Source: Actinomycetota bacterium (lineage in GTDB: Bacteria; Actinomycetota; Acidimicrobiia; Acidimicrobiales; VFJN01). From it: a stretch of DNA of 64,000 bases. How positions within the stretch are numbered: the first letter of the stretch is position 1; each line of letters begins with the position of its first letter. The position numbers and the translations under genes were made by a program. Shown here piece after piece: positions 1 through 9,565 of this stretch. The notes below the pieces were generated by a model. It ran no database searches. It was not told the DNA's origin and saw only the letters and a program-made list of their open reading frames with translations. The stretch is from contig JBKPAA010000008.1 in assembly GCA_046726215.1 (NCBI GenBank), positions 24,568 through 88,567 of the forward strand, in the 5' to 3' direction.

Positions 1-1
1 G

Positions 2-379
2 GTACCGGCAATGGCCGAGCGTGGTTGGGGTCGCGTGGTCGCCATCACGTCCATGACGGTCCGCCAGCCGTCGCCGACGTTGATCCTGTCGAACACCGCC
101 CGCGCCGGCGCCACGGCCTTCCTCAAGACCCTCGCCACCGAGGTCGCGCCGCAGGGAGTGACCGTCAACTCGGTGCAGCCCGGACTACACGCCACCGACC
201 GCTTGGCCCAGCTCTACGGCGGCGACCTCTCGGCGGCGGCGACGACGGTCCCTGCGCGCCGGGTCGGCGACCCCGACGACTTCGGCGCCGCCGTGGCATT
301 CCTGTGCTCGGAGCAGGCACGATTCATCACCGGGACCGCGCTGTCGATAGACGGCGGCGCCTACACCGGATTGATGTAG
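2..379 (+). CDS. SDR family oxidoreductase (5' truncated by window edge)
   Basis: C-terminal SDR motifs GRVVAITS, GVTVNSVQPG, ARFITGTALSIDGG; frame open to window start. Confidence 0.9.
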   Translation, partial: VPAMAERGWGRVVAITSMTVRQPSPTLILSNTARAGATAFLKTLATEVAPQGVTVNSVQPGLHATDRLAQLYGGDLSAAATTVPARRVGDPDDFGAAVAFLCSEQARFITGTALSIDGGAYTGLM

Positions 380-403
380 GGCGGACGCCCTCCCACTCGA
401 AGG

Positions 404-667
404 TCAGTCGACCCTGAGCTGGCTCGTCAACTGGTCGCGCCGGGCCTCGAAGTCCTCGAGCCCCATCTTCCCGTCGTCGAAGGCGGCGTGCAGTTCGGCA
501 AGCTGCGCCAGGACCTTGGCCTGGTCGACCTCGGGAGCGGGTGCCTCGGCCCCCTCCTCTTCGCTCTGCTCGGCGCGCTGGGCCCGCCGCTCGAGCTTGG
601 CCTGGGCTTTGGCCTGCTTGTCGCGGTCCCGTTGGAGCTTGCCGAAGGTCGTTCGCCGCCGTGACAC
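404..667 (-). CDS. Small basic coiled-coil protein with SHOCT-like C-terminus, downstream of cspA
   Basis: 87 aa, 6 bp after cspA stop; K/R-rich N-term TTFGKLQRDRDKQAKAQAK; C-term LAELHAAFDDGKMGLEDFEARR. Confidence 0.75.
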   Translation of the reverse strand: MSRRRTTFGKLQRDRDKQAKAQAKLERRAQRAEQSEEEGAEAPAPEVDQAKVLAQLAELHAAFDDGKMGLEDFEARRDQLTSQLRVD

Positions 668-673
668 GTCTAG

Positions 674-874
674 TCAGAGCACCCGGACGTTCTGGGCCTC
701 GTCGCCCTTGCGGCCTGGCCCGATCTCGAACTCGACCTGTTGCCCCGCCTCGAGGGAGCGGTAACCGGTGCCTTGGATATTTGAGAAGTGGACGAACACA
801 TCGCTCCCGTCCTCACGCGAGATGAAGCCGTAGCCCTTCTCGGCGTTGAAGAACTTGACGGTGCCTACTGCCAT
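674..874 (-). CDS. cspA: Cold-shock protein
   Basis: [15 protein letters not shown] (RNP1), DVFVHFS (RNP2), 66 aa. Confidence 0.97.
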   Translation of the reverse strand: MAVGTVKFFNAEKGYGFISREDGSDVFVHFSNIQGTGYRSLEAGQQVEFEIGPGRKGDEAQNVRVL

Positions 875-998
875 GGTGTCTCTGCCTATCTCTGTCTCTG
901 CCCGTGCCGACTCGAGGCCCGGTACTGCAGAGACGAGGCTACGCCGTGTAGGGGTCGGGTCGCGCTTTTTCGAACCGACTCCCGGCTACGTTGACTCC

Positions 999-3977
999 GT
1001 GGTCGCCGAGATCGAGCGCGACACCGTCACCCTCGCCCGCAGGATCGCAGACCTCGGTACCGGTCGGCGCACCGGGGTCTTCCGCGGCGCGTGGTGGAGC
1101 GAGAGGGTGATGGACTGGGCGATGGAGCGGCCCGGCTTCAAGACCCAGCTGTTCCGTTTCGTCGACGTCTTCCCGGCCCTGGCCGACGCGCCCGACGTGG
1201 CCCGCCACCTGTCCGAGTACTTCGAAGGCGTCGACGCCCCGAAGGCCCTGGACGTGGGGATCGACCTCGCCGACCGGGTGCCGCTCGGTGCCCGCGTGGA
1301 GGCCCGCATCGCCCGTCGCAACATCATGCGCATGGCCCGCCAGTTCATCGTCGGGGCTTCGGCTCGCGAGGCGGTCGCCGGCCTGCACCAGTTGTGGCGG
1401 GCGGGCAGCGCCTTCACGGTCGACGTGCTGGGGGAGAAGACCGTCGTCGGCACCGAGGCCGACCGCTACGCCACCCGCGTGGAGGAGCTGGTGGTGGCGC
1501 TCGACGATGCCAGCCGCCACTGGGCGCCCGACGACCACCTCGAGCGCGACGACCTTGGCCCGCTGCACCGCGTCAACGTGAGCGTGAAGCCCACGGCACT
1601 GGCCACGCACTACGAGCCGCTGTCGCATGACGCGGGGCTGGAGTCGGCCAAGCAGCGCCTGCGGCCCATCCTGCGGCTGGCGCGGGAGCGCGGCGCTTTC
1701 GTCAACGTCGACATGGAGCACTACGACGCCAAGGACATGACGCTCCAGCTCTTCCGCGACCTGCTGTCGGAGGACGAGTTCGCCGACATACCCGCCGGAA
1801 CGGTCATCCAGGCCTATCTGCGTGACAGCCGGGACGATCTGGCCGATCTGATCGCCTGGTCGGCGCGGCGCACGCAGCCGATCACGGTCCGCTTGGTCAA
1901 GGGCGCCTACTGGGACGCGGAGACCGTCCACGCCCGGGCCGAGGGCTGGCCGGTTCCCGTGTTCGAGGACAAGGCCGACACCGACGCCAACTACGAGCGC
2001 TGCGTGCGGTTGCTGCACGACCACCACGGCGAGGTGCGGGCGGCCTTTGGCTCCCACAATCTGCGGTCGCTCGCCTACGCCATCACATACGCCCGCCGCA
2101 AGGGCATCCCCGACACCGGCTACGAGATCCAGATGCTGTACGGCATGGCCGAGCCCATGCACGAAGCGATCCGCCGGCTCGGCTTCCGCTTGCGCGTCTA
2201 CGCCCCGGTGGGGGAGCTCGTCCCGGGCATGGCCTACCTGGTCCGGCGGCTGCTGGAGAACACGTCGAACGAGTCGTTCGTGCGGCACCGCTTCGCCGAG
2301 GGTCGAGACCTCGATGATCTGCTGGCTACCCCCGGACCCCGGGACCTTCCGGTGCCCGCGTGGGCCGAGCCCCGGCCCATGACGGATCCGGCAGACCCCA
2401 CCCCCTACGAGCCCGAGCCCGTGTCCGAGTGGCGCCGCCCGCCGGCGCGGGATGCCATGGCGGCCGCCGTGCGCTCGGTGGCCGGGGGCGTGGGCGAGCG
2501 CGTGCCCGCCCTCGTCGGGGGCGAGCGGGTGACCACCGCCAATGAGCTGGTGTCGGTAGATCCGGCCGTGCCTGCCACGGTCGTCGCCATGGCCGCCGCA
2601 TGCACTGCGTCCGACGTCGACGCGGCCGTCGCCATCGCCGCGCGGGTCGCCCCCGCCTGGCGCCGCACGCCGGCGGCGGAGCGGGTCGGCGTGCTGTTCC
2701 GGGCCGCCGACTGGATGCGGCGTCGCCGCTACGAGATCGCCGCGCTGGAGTGCTTCGAGGCCGGCAAGCCTTGGGACCAGGCCGACGCCGACGTGTGCGA
2801 GGCGATCGACTTCTGCGAGTACTACGGGCGGGAGATGCTGCGGCTCGACGGCGCCGCCGCCGACCTGGTGCAGTCCCCGCCGGGCGAGACCAACCGGCTG
2901 GTCTACCAGGGCAAGGGCGTCACGGCGGTCATAGCGCCGTGGAACTTCCCCCTCGCCATCCCGACTGGCATGACCGTGGCCGCGCTGGTGGCGGGCAATC
3001 CGGTGATCCTCAAGCCGGCCGAACAATCGCCGGGCGTGGCCTGGCGGCTGATCGAGGCCCTCGTCGCCGGGGGCGCGCCCCCCGGGGTGGTGCAGTTCCT
3101 CCCCGGCCTGGGGGAGGTCGTCGGCGCCCGATTGGTCGAGCACCCCGAGGTGGCCGTGGTGGCATTCACCGGCTCGCGCGCCGTGGGCCTGGCCATCAAC
3201 CAGCAGGCCGCGGTCACGCCGCCCGGGCAGCGGCAAGTGAAGCGGGTCATCGCCGAGATGGGGGGCAAGAACGCGCTGATCATCGACGACGACGCCGACC
3301 CCGACCAGGCCGTGCCGGCGGCGGTGGTGTCGGCGTTCGGTTACGCCGGTCAGAAATGCTCGGCGGCCAGCCGGCTGATCGTCGTCGGCTCGGTCTACGA
3401 CCACGTGGTCGAGCGGGTGGTCGGCGCCACCCGGGAGCTGTTGGTCGGCCATCCCTCCCGCCCCGAGGTGCAGGTGGGACCCGTGATCGACGAGGAGGCG
3501 CACAAGCGCGTCCTGCGCTGGGTGGAGGAGGCCCCCCAGCAGGGTCGCATCCTCGGCCAGCACGACGACGTGCCCGATGAGGGGTACTTCGTTGCGCCCA
3601 CGGTGGTCGAGGTCGGCGACCCCGACGCACCGATCGCCCGGGAAGAGATCTTCGGCCCGGTGCTCACGGTGCTGCGGGCCCCCGACCTTGACAGCGCCAT
3701 CGAGATCGCCAACCGATCCGAATACGCCCTCACCGCGGGGATCTTCTCGCGCTCACCGGCCAACATCACCCGGGCGGCGGCCGAGCTGCGGGCCGGGAAC
3801 GTCTACATAAACCGCCACATCACCGGAGCGGTCGTGGGCCGCCAGCCGTTCGGGGGATTCGGCATGTCGGGCGTGGGTTCCAAGGCCGGTGGGCCCGACT
3901 ACCTGCACCAGTTCCTGGATCCCCGGGTGCTCACCGAGAACACGCTTCGCCAGGGCTTCACGCCCGAAACGGCGTGA
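999..3977 (+). CDS. putA: Bifunctional proline dehydrogenase / L-glutamate gamma-semialdehyde dehydrogenase
   Basis: PRODH motifs RLVKGAYWD, YLVRRLLENTSN; ALDH motifs PWNFPLAI, AEMGGKN, GQKCSA, EEIFGP; GTG 999 chosen from TACGTT -10 at 987-992. Confidence 0.95.
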   Translation: MVAEIERDTVTLARRIADLGTGRRTGVFRGAWWSERVMDWAMERPGFKTQLFRFVDVFPALADAPDVARHLSEYFEGVDAPKALDVGIDLADRVPLGARVEARIARRNIMRMARQFIVGASAREAVAGLHQLWRAGSAFTVDVLGEKTVVGTEADRYATRVEELVVALDDASRHWAPDDHLERDDLGPLHRVNVSVKPTALATHYEPLSHDAGLESAKQRLRPILRLARERGAFVNVDMEHYDAKDMTLQLFRDLLSEDEFADIPAGTVIQAYLRDSRDDLADLIAWSARRTQPITVRLVKGAYWDAETVHARAEGWPVPVFEDKADTDANYERCVRLLHDHHGEVRAAFGSHNLRSLAYAITYARRKGIPDTGYEIQMLYGMAEPMHEAIRRLGFRLRVYAPVGELVPGMAYLVRRLLENTSNESFVRHRFAEGRDLDDLLATPGPRDLPVPAWAEPRPMTDPADPTPYEPEPVSEWRRPPARDAMAAAVRSVAGGVGERVPALVGGERVTTANELVSVDPAVPATVVAMAAACTASDVDAAVAIAARVAPAWRRTPAAERVGVLFRAADWMRRRRYEIAALECFEAGKPWDQADADVCEAIDFCEYYGREMLRLDGAAADLVQSPPGETNRLVYQGKGVTAVIAPWNFPLAIPTGMTVAALVAGNPVILKPAEQSPGVAWRLIEALVAGGAPPGVVQFLPGLGEVVGARLVEHPEVAVVAFTGSRAVGLAINQQAAVTPPGQRQVKRVIAEMGGKNALIIDDDADPDQAVPAAVVSAFGYAGQKCSAASRLIVVGSVYDHVVERVVGATRELLVGHPSRPEVQVGPVIDEEAHKRVLRWVEEAPQQGRILGQHDDVPDEGYFVAPTVVEVGDPDAPIAREEIFGPVLTVLRAPDLDSAIEIANRSEYALTAGIFSRSPANITRAAAELRAGNVYINRHITGAVVGRQPFGGFGMSGVGSKAGGPDYLHQFLDPRVLTENTLRQGFTPETA

Positions 3978-3997
3978 CGACGCCGTCCCCGTCCGGC

Positions 3998-4047
3998 GTT
4001 TTGTTCGCGGGAATGGTCGTGGGGGCGGCCGATCTCGCGGGGAAATC
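3998..4047. repeat. REP-like ~50 bp imperfect palindrome, copy 1
   Basis: GTTTTGTTCGCGGGAATGGTCGTGGGGGCGGCCGATCTCGCGGGGAAATC; similar to 51361-51410 and 57726-57776. Confidence 0.75.
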
Positions 4048-4061
4048 TCGATAACCCCCGA

Positions 4062-4565
4062 TCAGCCAGCGTGCTGGTGCGCGTGGGCCTCGCCACCGAT
4101 GACGAGGTCGACGAGGGGTAGCACGCGATGGCGAAGCTGCTCGGTTAGGGCGATCTGCGTGGTGCTGCGATCGATGCCCTGCACCTCGAGGATCCGGCTG
4201 ATGACGTACTGCAGGTGGTCGTTGGTGCGGGCAACGACCCGGCAATGGAGGTCCCCGGGGCCGGTGACCGAATGGATCTCCAGGACCTCGGGGATCTCTC
4301 GCAGGTGCCTGGTGACATCCTCGAGGCGGCCCTGGGCGATCTCGAGGCTCACGAACGCCAGCACCTCGTAGCCCATGGCACGCAGGTCGAGGTCGGGGTC
4401 GAACCCGGAGATGATGCCGCGCTGCTGCAGCTTGTCGAGCCGTGCCTGGACGGTCCCACGGGCGACACCGAGCTGGCGGGCCAGCTCCATCACCCCGGCG
4501 CGCGGCGTGTCGCACATGGCCCGGATCAGGCGGGCATCGAGACCGTCCATGCCGGTGGGCAACAT
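4062..4565 (-). CDS. Lrp/AsnC family transcriptional regulator, divergent from hppD
   Basis: LDARLIRAM...ELARQLGVARGTVQARLDKL HTH; C-terminal RAM domain EIHSVTGPGDL; start 4565 or 4550. Confidence 0.92.
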   Translation of the reverse strand: MLPTGMDGLDARLIRAMCDTPRAGVMELARQLGVARGTVQARLDKLQQRGIISGFDPDLDLRAMGYEVLAFVSLEIAQGRLEDVTRHLREIPEVLEIHSVTGPGDLHCRVVARTNDHLQYVISRILEVQGIDRSTTQIALTEQLRHRVLPLVDLVIGGEAHAHQHAG

Positions 4566-4716
4566 GAGCAATGTGTCTACCACACTCGCTCGCTTACTGG
4601 CTGAATTGTCCAGCAAGTGTACGCAGAGTTGACGTCCTGATCCCCCACGCCTTTCCTGGGTCGTGCAGTTCGACCACGAGGGGCGGCCTCGCAGCTGTCC
4701 CACTGGAGGGGTGACG

Positions 4717-5847
4717 ATGGCCACGACCTCGCTCCACCATGATCGCCAGCGAAACCAGACGGCGCCACCGGTAATCGGTGGGATCGATCACGTCGAGTGG
4801 TGGGTGGGGAACGCCCGCGCTTTCGCCGGCATGCTGACGTCGTCATTCGGGTTCGAGGAGGTCGCGTACGCCGGGCCCGAGACCGGGCGCCGCGACCGCG
4901 TTTCCCACCTGCTCCAGCAGGGTCGCATCCGGTTCATCGTCACGGGCGCGCTCGGGCCGGAGTCCCCGATCGCCGAGCACGTCCGCACGCATGGTGACGG
5001 CGTCAAGGACATCTGCTTCCTGGTGGACGACGCCGAGGCGGCGTTCGCGGCGGCGGTGGCGCGAGGCGCGGTGCCGGAGCGGGAGCCGAGGGTGGACACC
5101 GACGAGCTGGGCGGTATCCACCAGGCCGCCATCCGCACCTACGGCGAGACCGTCCACACGTTCCTCGATCGCTCGGCCTACACCGGTCCGTTCGCCCCGC
5201 AGTTCGGCCCGCCCGTGCTCCCCACACCCGCGGGCGAGCCCGTGGGCCTCACCCGCTTCGATCACATTGTCGGCAACGTCGAGCTCGGCCACCTCGACCG
5301 GTGGGTCGACTACTACCGGGACGTGCTCGGCTTCGACGAGCTGGTGCACTTTGGCGACGACCAGATCTCGACCGAGTACTCGGCGCTCATGTCGACTGTG
5401 GTGTGGAACCACGACAAGGTGGTGCTGCCCATCAACGAGCCCGCCGAGGGACGCCGCAAGAGCCAGATCGAGGAGTACCTCGACTATTACCGGTCGCCGG
5501 GAGTCCAGCACCTGGCGCTCCACACGCCCGACATTGTCCACGCCGTCCGCACGATGCGGGACAGCGGTGTTCGCTTCCTGGACGTCCCGGCCGAGTACTA
5601 CGACGATGCCCGGTCCCGGATGGCAGGGATCGACCTGCCGTGGGCCGACCTGGCCGAGCTCGGGATCATGGTCGACCGCGACGCGGACGGCTACCTGCTG
5701 CAGATCTTCACCGAGACGATCTGCGATCGGCCCACGGTGTTCTTCGAGATCATCCAGCGCGAGGGTGCAACGGGGTTCGGCGCCGGCAACTTCAAGGCCC
5801 TGTTCGAGGCCATCGAGCGGGCCCAGGCCGCCCGCGGCAACCTCTGA
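4717..5847 (+). CDS. hppD: 4-hydroxyphenylpyruvate dioxygenase
   Basis: DHVEWWVGNA, DHIVGNV, SQIEEYL..GVQHLAL, FFEIIQR, GFGAGNFKALFEAIE; GGAGG RBS upstream. Confidence 0.97.
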   Translation: MATTSLHHDRQRNQTAPPVIGGIDHVEWWVGNARAFAGMLTSSFGFEEVAYAGPETGRRDRVSHLLQQGRIRFIVTGALGPESPIAEHVRTHGDGVKDICFLVDDAEAAFAAAVARGAVPEREPRVDTDELGGIHQAAIRTYGETVHTFLDRSAYTGPFAPQFGPPVLPTPAGEPVGLTRFDHIVGNVELGHLDRWVDYYRDVLGFDELVHFGDDQISTEYSALMSTVVWNHDKVVLPINEPAEGRRKSQIEEYLDYYRSPGVQHLALHTPDIVHAVRTMRDSGVRFLDVPAEYYDDARSRMAGIDLPWADLAELGIMVDRDADGYLLQIFTETICDRPTVFFEIIQREGATGFGAGNFKALFEAIERAQAARGNL

Positions 5848-5878
5848 CGCGCGATCGGGCCGCCGCGGTTCCGCGGGC

Positions 5879-6172
5879 TCAGTCGGGCTGGTCGGCGCCG
5901 GGGAGCCGCTGGACCACCACGATCGACCCGTCGCCGTCGCCTAGCGCCAGCGGCTCGGCGGGAGGCTCCGCGGTGGGGAAGCTGATGCCCAATCGGGATG
6001 CCTCGATGGCGGCACGCTCGACGGCCGCTTCGAGGTGCTCGACGGCGGCGTCGTGGTCGAGACCGTCGGTCGCCTGCTCGAGCCGGGCACGGGCCTGGGC
6101 CACGAACGGCGCGAGCTCTGCGGGGAGGGGATCGGGAGGGGTCTCGGCCAGCTGGGGGTCTCCTGCGTCCAC
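5879..6172 (-). CDS. Hypothetical protein
   Basis: 97 aa acidic helical ORF; TAACCT -10 on minus strand at 6183-6188. Confidence 0.55.
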   Translation of the reverse strand: MDAGDPQLAETPPDPLPAELAPFVAQARARLEQATDGLDHDAAVEHLEAAVERAAIEASRLGISFPTAEPPAEPLALGDGDGSIVVVQRLPGADQPD

Positions 6173-6280
6173 GGGTTCATAGAGGTTATCGGCCGGAGGT
6201 GCGACCTGCCCACGGGGTTCGCCGGCCGCCCCACAGCCGGTGGGGACCGCGCGCCTGTGTGGTAGCTTGCTCGTTCCGCC

Positions 6281-6354
6281 GGGCCGTTAGCTCAGTTGGC
6301 TAGAGCACTTGCATGACGCGCAAGGGGTCGGGGGTTCGAGTCCCTCACGGCCCA
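6281..6354 (+). tRNA. tRNA-Val(GAC)
   Basis: Cloverleaf: acceptor GGGCCGT/ACGGCCC, D arm GCTC/GAGC, anticodon stem CTTGC/GCAAG with loop ATGACGC, T loop TTCGAGT; full CCA not encoded. Confidence 0.97.
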
Positions 6355-6462
6355 CCTTGAGAGCCCTGTCACAGCAGGTCCGGGCCCGCGCTTCCGCCAG
6401 AGCCAGCATCGTGGCTCCGCCCTGGCCCGACTCAACCCCGGCGTCGGTGTCGGGGCCCTCGC

Positions 6463-7677
6463 CTAAAGGATCCGCACGGGGATCGTGCGCGGGCCGCGCA
6501 CCTGTCCCGCCGACCAGGTGACCCCGTCGGGGTCGACGAGCTCGAAGTCGGGGTAGCGCTTCATCCATTCCTCGAGGGCGACTCGGAGCTCCATGCGTGC
6601 GAGGTTGGATCCGATGCACCGATGGATGCCGAGGCCGAACGCCGCGTGACGGTTCTCCTCGCGGTCGACCAGGACCTCGTCGGCGTCCGCAAAGAACTCG
6701 GGGTCCCGGTTCGCGGCCGGGAACGGCAGGAGCAACCAGTCGCCCTCCTTCATGGCGCGACCGTGAAACTCGAAGTCCTTCGCCACGAGCCGCGCCATCG
6801 TGACCGGTGCGTAGGCGCGCAGGAACTCCTCGACCGCGGTGGGCATCAGCTCAGGCTCGGCCGCCAGGCGCTGGCGGTCGGCGGGGTTTTGCGCGAGATG
6901 CCAGAGCGATGCGCCGATGGCGGACCACGTCGTGTCGATCCCCGCGATCATCAGCAGCACCATGGTTCCCCGTACGTGATCGGGATCGAGCTTGTTGCCG
7001 TCCAGCTCGGCGTTGAGCAGGAAGCTGGTGAGGTCGTCCTGCGGGTTGGCGAGGTGCTCGGCGATGCGGGCGTCCATGTAGACGTCGAGCTCGCCCTCGT
7101 CGACCACCGCTTGGCGCTCCTCGGCGGACTGGTCGACGTCCTCGAGCACCATCCGGATGAAGCGACGGAAGACGTCGGCGTCCTCCTGGGGGAAGCCGAG
7201 CATCCTGACGATCACCCTCAGCGGGATGTGCTGGGCATAGTCGACGGCGGCATCGAACTGCGGCTTGCCGGCGGTGGCGTCCAGCAGCTCGACGCACAGC
7301 TCGCGCGTGAACGGCTCCAGCGCCTCGATGGGCTTGGGTGCGAACGCCGGCAGCAGGAGGCGCCTCGCCAGGGCGTGGAAGGGCGGGTCGGAGGTGATGG
7401 GTGGGGCCAGGCCGATCGGCGCCGGGAGGTCGTCGGGGCCGGGGCGCACCTCGCTGACGACCACCGATCGCGACGTGAAGTGCTCGGTGTCGTAGGCAAC
7501 GGCTGCGACGTCTTCGTGGCGCACCGGCAACCACGTGCCGCCATAGCGGTCGGTATGGGCCACGGGACAGCTGGCCCGGAGCTCGGCCCAGATCGGGTAG
7601 GGGTCGGCGACCCACTGGGGGTCGGTGTGATCGAAGTCGGTGGCCCAGTCGGACACCTGTGCACGTTCCGCCGTCAT
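6463..7677 (-). CDS. Cytochrome P450
   Basis: I-helix AGIDTT, ExxR (EFLR), heme motif FGLGIHRCIG. Confidence 0.97.
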   Translation of the reverse strand: MTAERAQVSDWATDFDHTDPQWVADPYPIWAELRASCPVAHTDRYGGTWLPVRHEDVAAVAYDTEHFTSRSVVVSEVRPGPDDLPAPIGLAPPITSDPPFHALARRLLLPAFAPKPIEALEPFTRELCVELLDATAGKPQFDAAVDYAQHIPLRVIVRMLGFPQEDADVFRRFIRMVLEDVDQSAEERQAVVDEGELDVYMDARIAEHLANPQDDLTSFLLNAELDGNKLDPDHVRGTMVLLMIAGIDTTWSAIGASLWHLAQNPADRQRLAAEPELMPTAVEEFLRAYAPVTMARLVAKDFEFHGRAMKEGDWLLLPFPAANRDPEFFADADEVLVDREENRHAAFGLGIHRCIGSNLARMELRVALEEWMKRYPDFELVDPDGVTWSAGQVRGPRTIPVRIL

Positions 7678-7681
7678 CAGC

Positions 7682-7876
7682 TCACTCCGATACTGAAATC
7701 GCGTACTCGGGGCAGTTGGCCACCGCGCTGCGGGCCTTGTCCTCGAGGCCCTCGGGCACGACGCCGTCGTTCAGCTCGAAAGCGTTGCCGAGCTCGTCGA
7801 CATCGAAGAGCTCGGGCGCCAGCGCATAGCAGCGGTTGTGGCCCTGGCACTTCTCCGGATCGACATGCACCCGCAT
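7682..7876 (-). CDS. [3Fe-4S]-type ferredoxin, P450 redox partner
   Basis: CQGHNRC...CPEYAI motif, 64 aa, 4 bp upstream of the P450. Confidence 0.93.
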   Translation of the reverse strand: MRVHVDPEKCQGHNRCYALAPELFDVDELGNAFELNDGVVPEGLEDKARSAVANCPEYAISVSE

Positions 7877-8015
7877 GCGACAGCTCCCTGGTCCGGACCC
7901 AAACTACGGCCATGGGCACCCGATGTACACGCGGTCCGGGCGGGACCGCGAGTCGGTCGCGTCGCCGGGTGGTTCGCGAATACGCTCCGGGGGGCTGCTC
8001 GAGGAGGGCGGTGAG

Positions 8016-8123
8016 GTGGCGAAACCGGCGATCATGACGGTTGACGACGATCCCGCTGCGCCCGCCTTTGGAGGGGGGGCGATGTCCGTGCATCCCGTGC
8101 ACCGCTGCGTGGCGCCGATCTGA
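8016..8123 (+). pseudogene. Internally deleted remnant of a receiver-domain/thioredoxin-reductase fusion gene
   Basis: 35 codons VAKPAIMTVDDDP (receiver-domain start) joined to AFGGGAMSVHPVHRCVAPI (resembles TrxB C-terminal AVGEGAMSV.LVHRYL); TGATG overlap with the kinase. Confidence 0.7.
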
Positions 8124-9508
8124 TGGCCATCGACGAGCTTCGGTCGCTGTTCTTGTTCGCCGGGCTGAGCGACGAACAGTTGCAGCAGTTGGACGAGGCC
8201 AGCACGGTCGTGTCCTTCCAGGAAGGCGACATGCTCTTCCACGAGGGCGAGCCCTCCGACTTCTGGTGGGTCTTGCTCAACGGACGGATCGAGCTCCTCC
8301 GCCGGTCCGGACACGAGCAGCCGGTGATCGCGCTGATGGACCGCCCGGGGCTGTGGGCGGGCGGCTTTCGGGCATGGACCGACTCGGTCGGCTACCTGGC
8401 CACAGCCCGTGCCACGGACGCGGGCCGAGTGCTGCGCGTGCCGGCCGCCGCGCTCGAGGAATTCGTCCGGACCTGGTTCCCGTTCAGCATCCACCTGATC
8501 GTGGGCTTCTTTCAGACGGTTCGCATAATCGATGCGCAGTCGCGCCAGCGGGAGGCGCTCGTCGCGCTCGGCACGCTCGCCGCGGGCCTCGCTCACGAGC
8601 TGAACAACCCGGCGTCGGCGGCGACGCGCGCGGTCGACGAGCTGCAGGCGACGTGCGACACGCTGCTCGCCTCGCTGGTGGACCTCGCCGAGGGGTCGAT
8701 GTCCGCGGAACAGTTCGTGGCCCTCGATTCGCTGCGTCGTGGGGTCGGCTCGCCGGCGGCGCGCGTCGATCCCCTGGAGCTCGCCGACCGCGAGGAAGCG
8801 CTCATCGACTGGCTCGACGCGCACGGCGTCGCCCAATCCTGGCAGCTCGCCCCGCCGCTGGCGTCGGCCGGGGTCGACGTCGCGTGGTGCGAGGAGGTCG
8901 CGCAGCTGCTCGATCCCGACTCGCTCGGCGCCGGGCTGAAGTGGGCGGCGAGCACGCTGTCGGCGACGACGGTCCTGTCCGAGATCAAGGAGGCGACGGG
9001 GCGCGTGTCCAATCTCGTGGCGACGGTGAGGTCGTACTCGCAGCTCGACCGGGCCTCGCTCCAGGACATCGACGTCACCGAGGGGATCGAGAGCACGCTC
9101 GTGGTTCTCGGCGAGAAGCTCCACGATGGCGTCACGGTCGTGCGCGACTACGCCGACGACATGCCACGCATCGAGGCCATTCCCGGCGAGCTCAACCAGG
9201 TGTGGACGAACCTGATCGACAACGCGATCGACGCCATGGAGGGCAAGGGCACGCTTCGGGTGTCGACGCGGACCGAGGGCGATCACGTCATCGTCGAGTT
9301 CGCCGACAGCGGACCCGGCATGCCGCCCGACGTGCAGGCCCGCGCCTTCGAACCGTTCTTCACGACCAAGGACGTCGGCAAGGGCACCGGCCTCGGGCTC
9401 GACATCTCGCGCCGAATCGTGGTGGAGCGCCATCGCGGCGAGCTCCTGATCGCCTCGGAGCCCGGCCAGACGGTCTTGACCGTCAGGCTCCCGATCCGTC
9501 GCCGGTAG
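8123..9508 (+). CDS. Cyclic-nucleotide-binding-domain sensor histidine kinase
   Basis: N-terminal cNMP domain (LFAGLSDEQL, FHEGEPSDF); H box AHELNNP; N box NLIDNAIDA; FFTTKDVGKGTGLGL. Confidence 0.95.
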   Translation: MAIDELRSLFLFAGLSDEQLQQLDEASTVVSFQEGDMLFHEGEPSDFWWVLLNGRIELLRRSGHEQPVIALMDRPGLWAGGFRAWTDSVGYLATARATDAGRVLRVPAAALEEFVRTWFPFSIHLIVGFFQTVRIIDAQSRQREALVALGTLAAGLAHELNNPASAATRAVDELQATCDTLLASLVDLAEGSMSAEQFVALDSLRRGVGSPAARVDPLELADREEALIDWLDAHGVAQSWQLAPPLASAGVDVAWCEEVAQLLDPDSLGAGLKWAASTLSATTVLSEIKEATGRVSNLVATVRSYSQLDRASLQDIDVTEGIESTLVVLGEKLHDGVTVVRDYADDMPRIEAIPGELNQVWTNLIDNAIDAMEGKGTLRVSTRTEGDHVIVEFADSGPGMPPDVQARAFEPFFTTKDVGKGTGLGLDISRRIVVERHRGELLIASEPGQTVLTVRLPIRRR

Positions 9509-9565
9509 AGCCCGTGCGGCTCGGTCACCGCGCGAGGCGAGGACCGAGCCGCCGACCCTGACCTG

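Noticed and set aside
939-3563. Long antisense or alternate-frame ORFs (e.g. 939-3563, 7904-9433, 20933-22879, 27611-29302, 55269-56852)
   Set aside because: Shadows of real genes caused by high-GC codon bias; no recognisable motifs
6463-7876. P450-ferredoxin pair as part of a biosynthetic gene cluster
   Set aside because: No scaffold-forming enzyme or precursor peptide nearby; a common stand-alone pair
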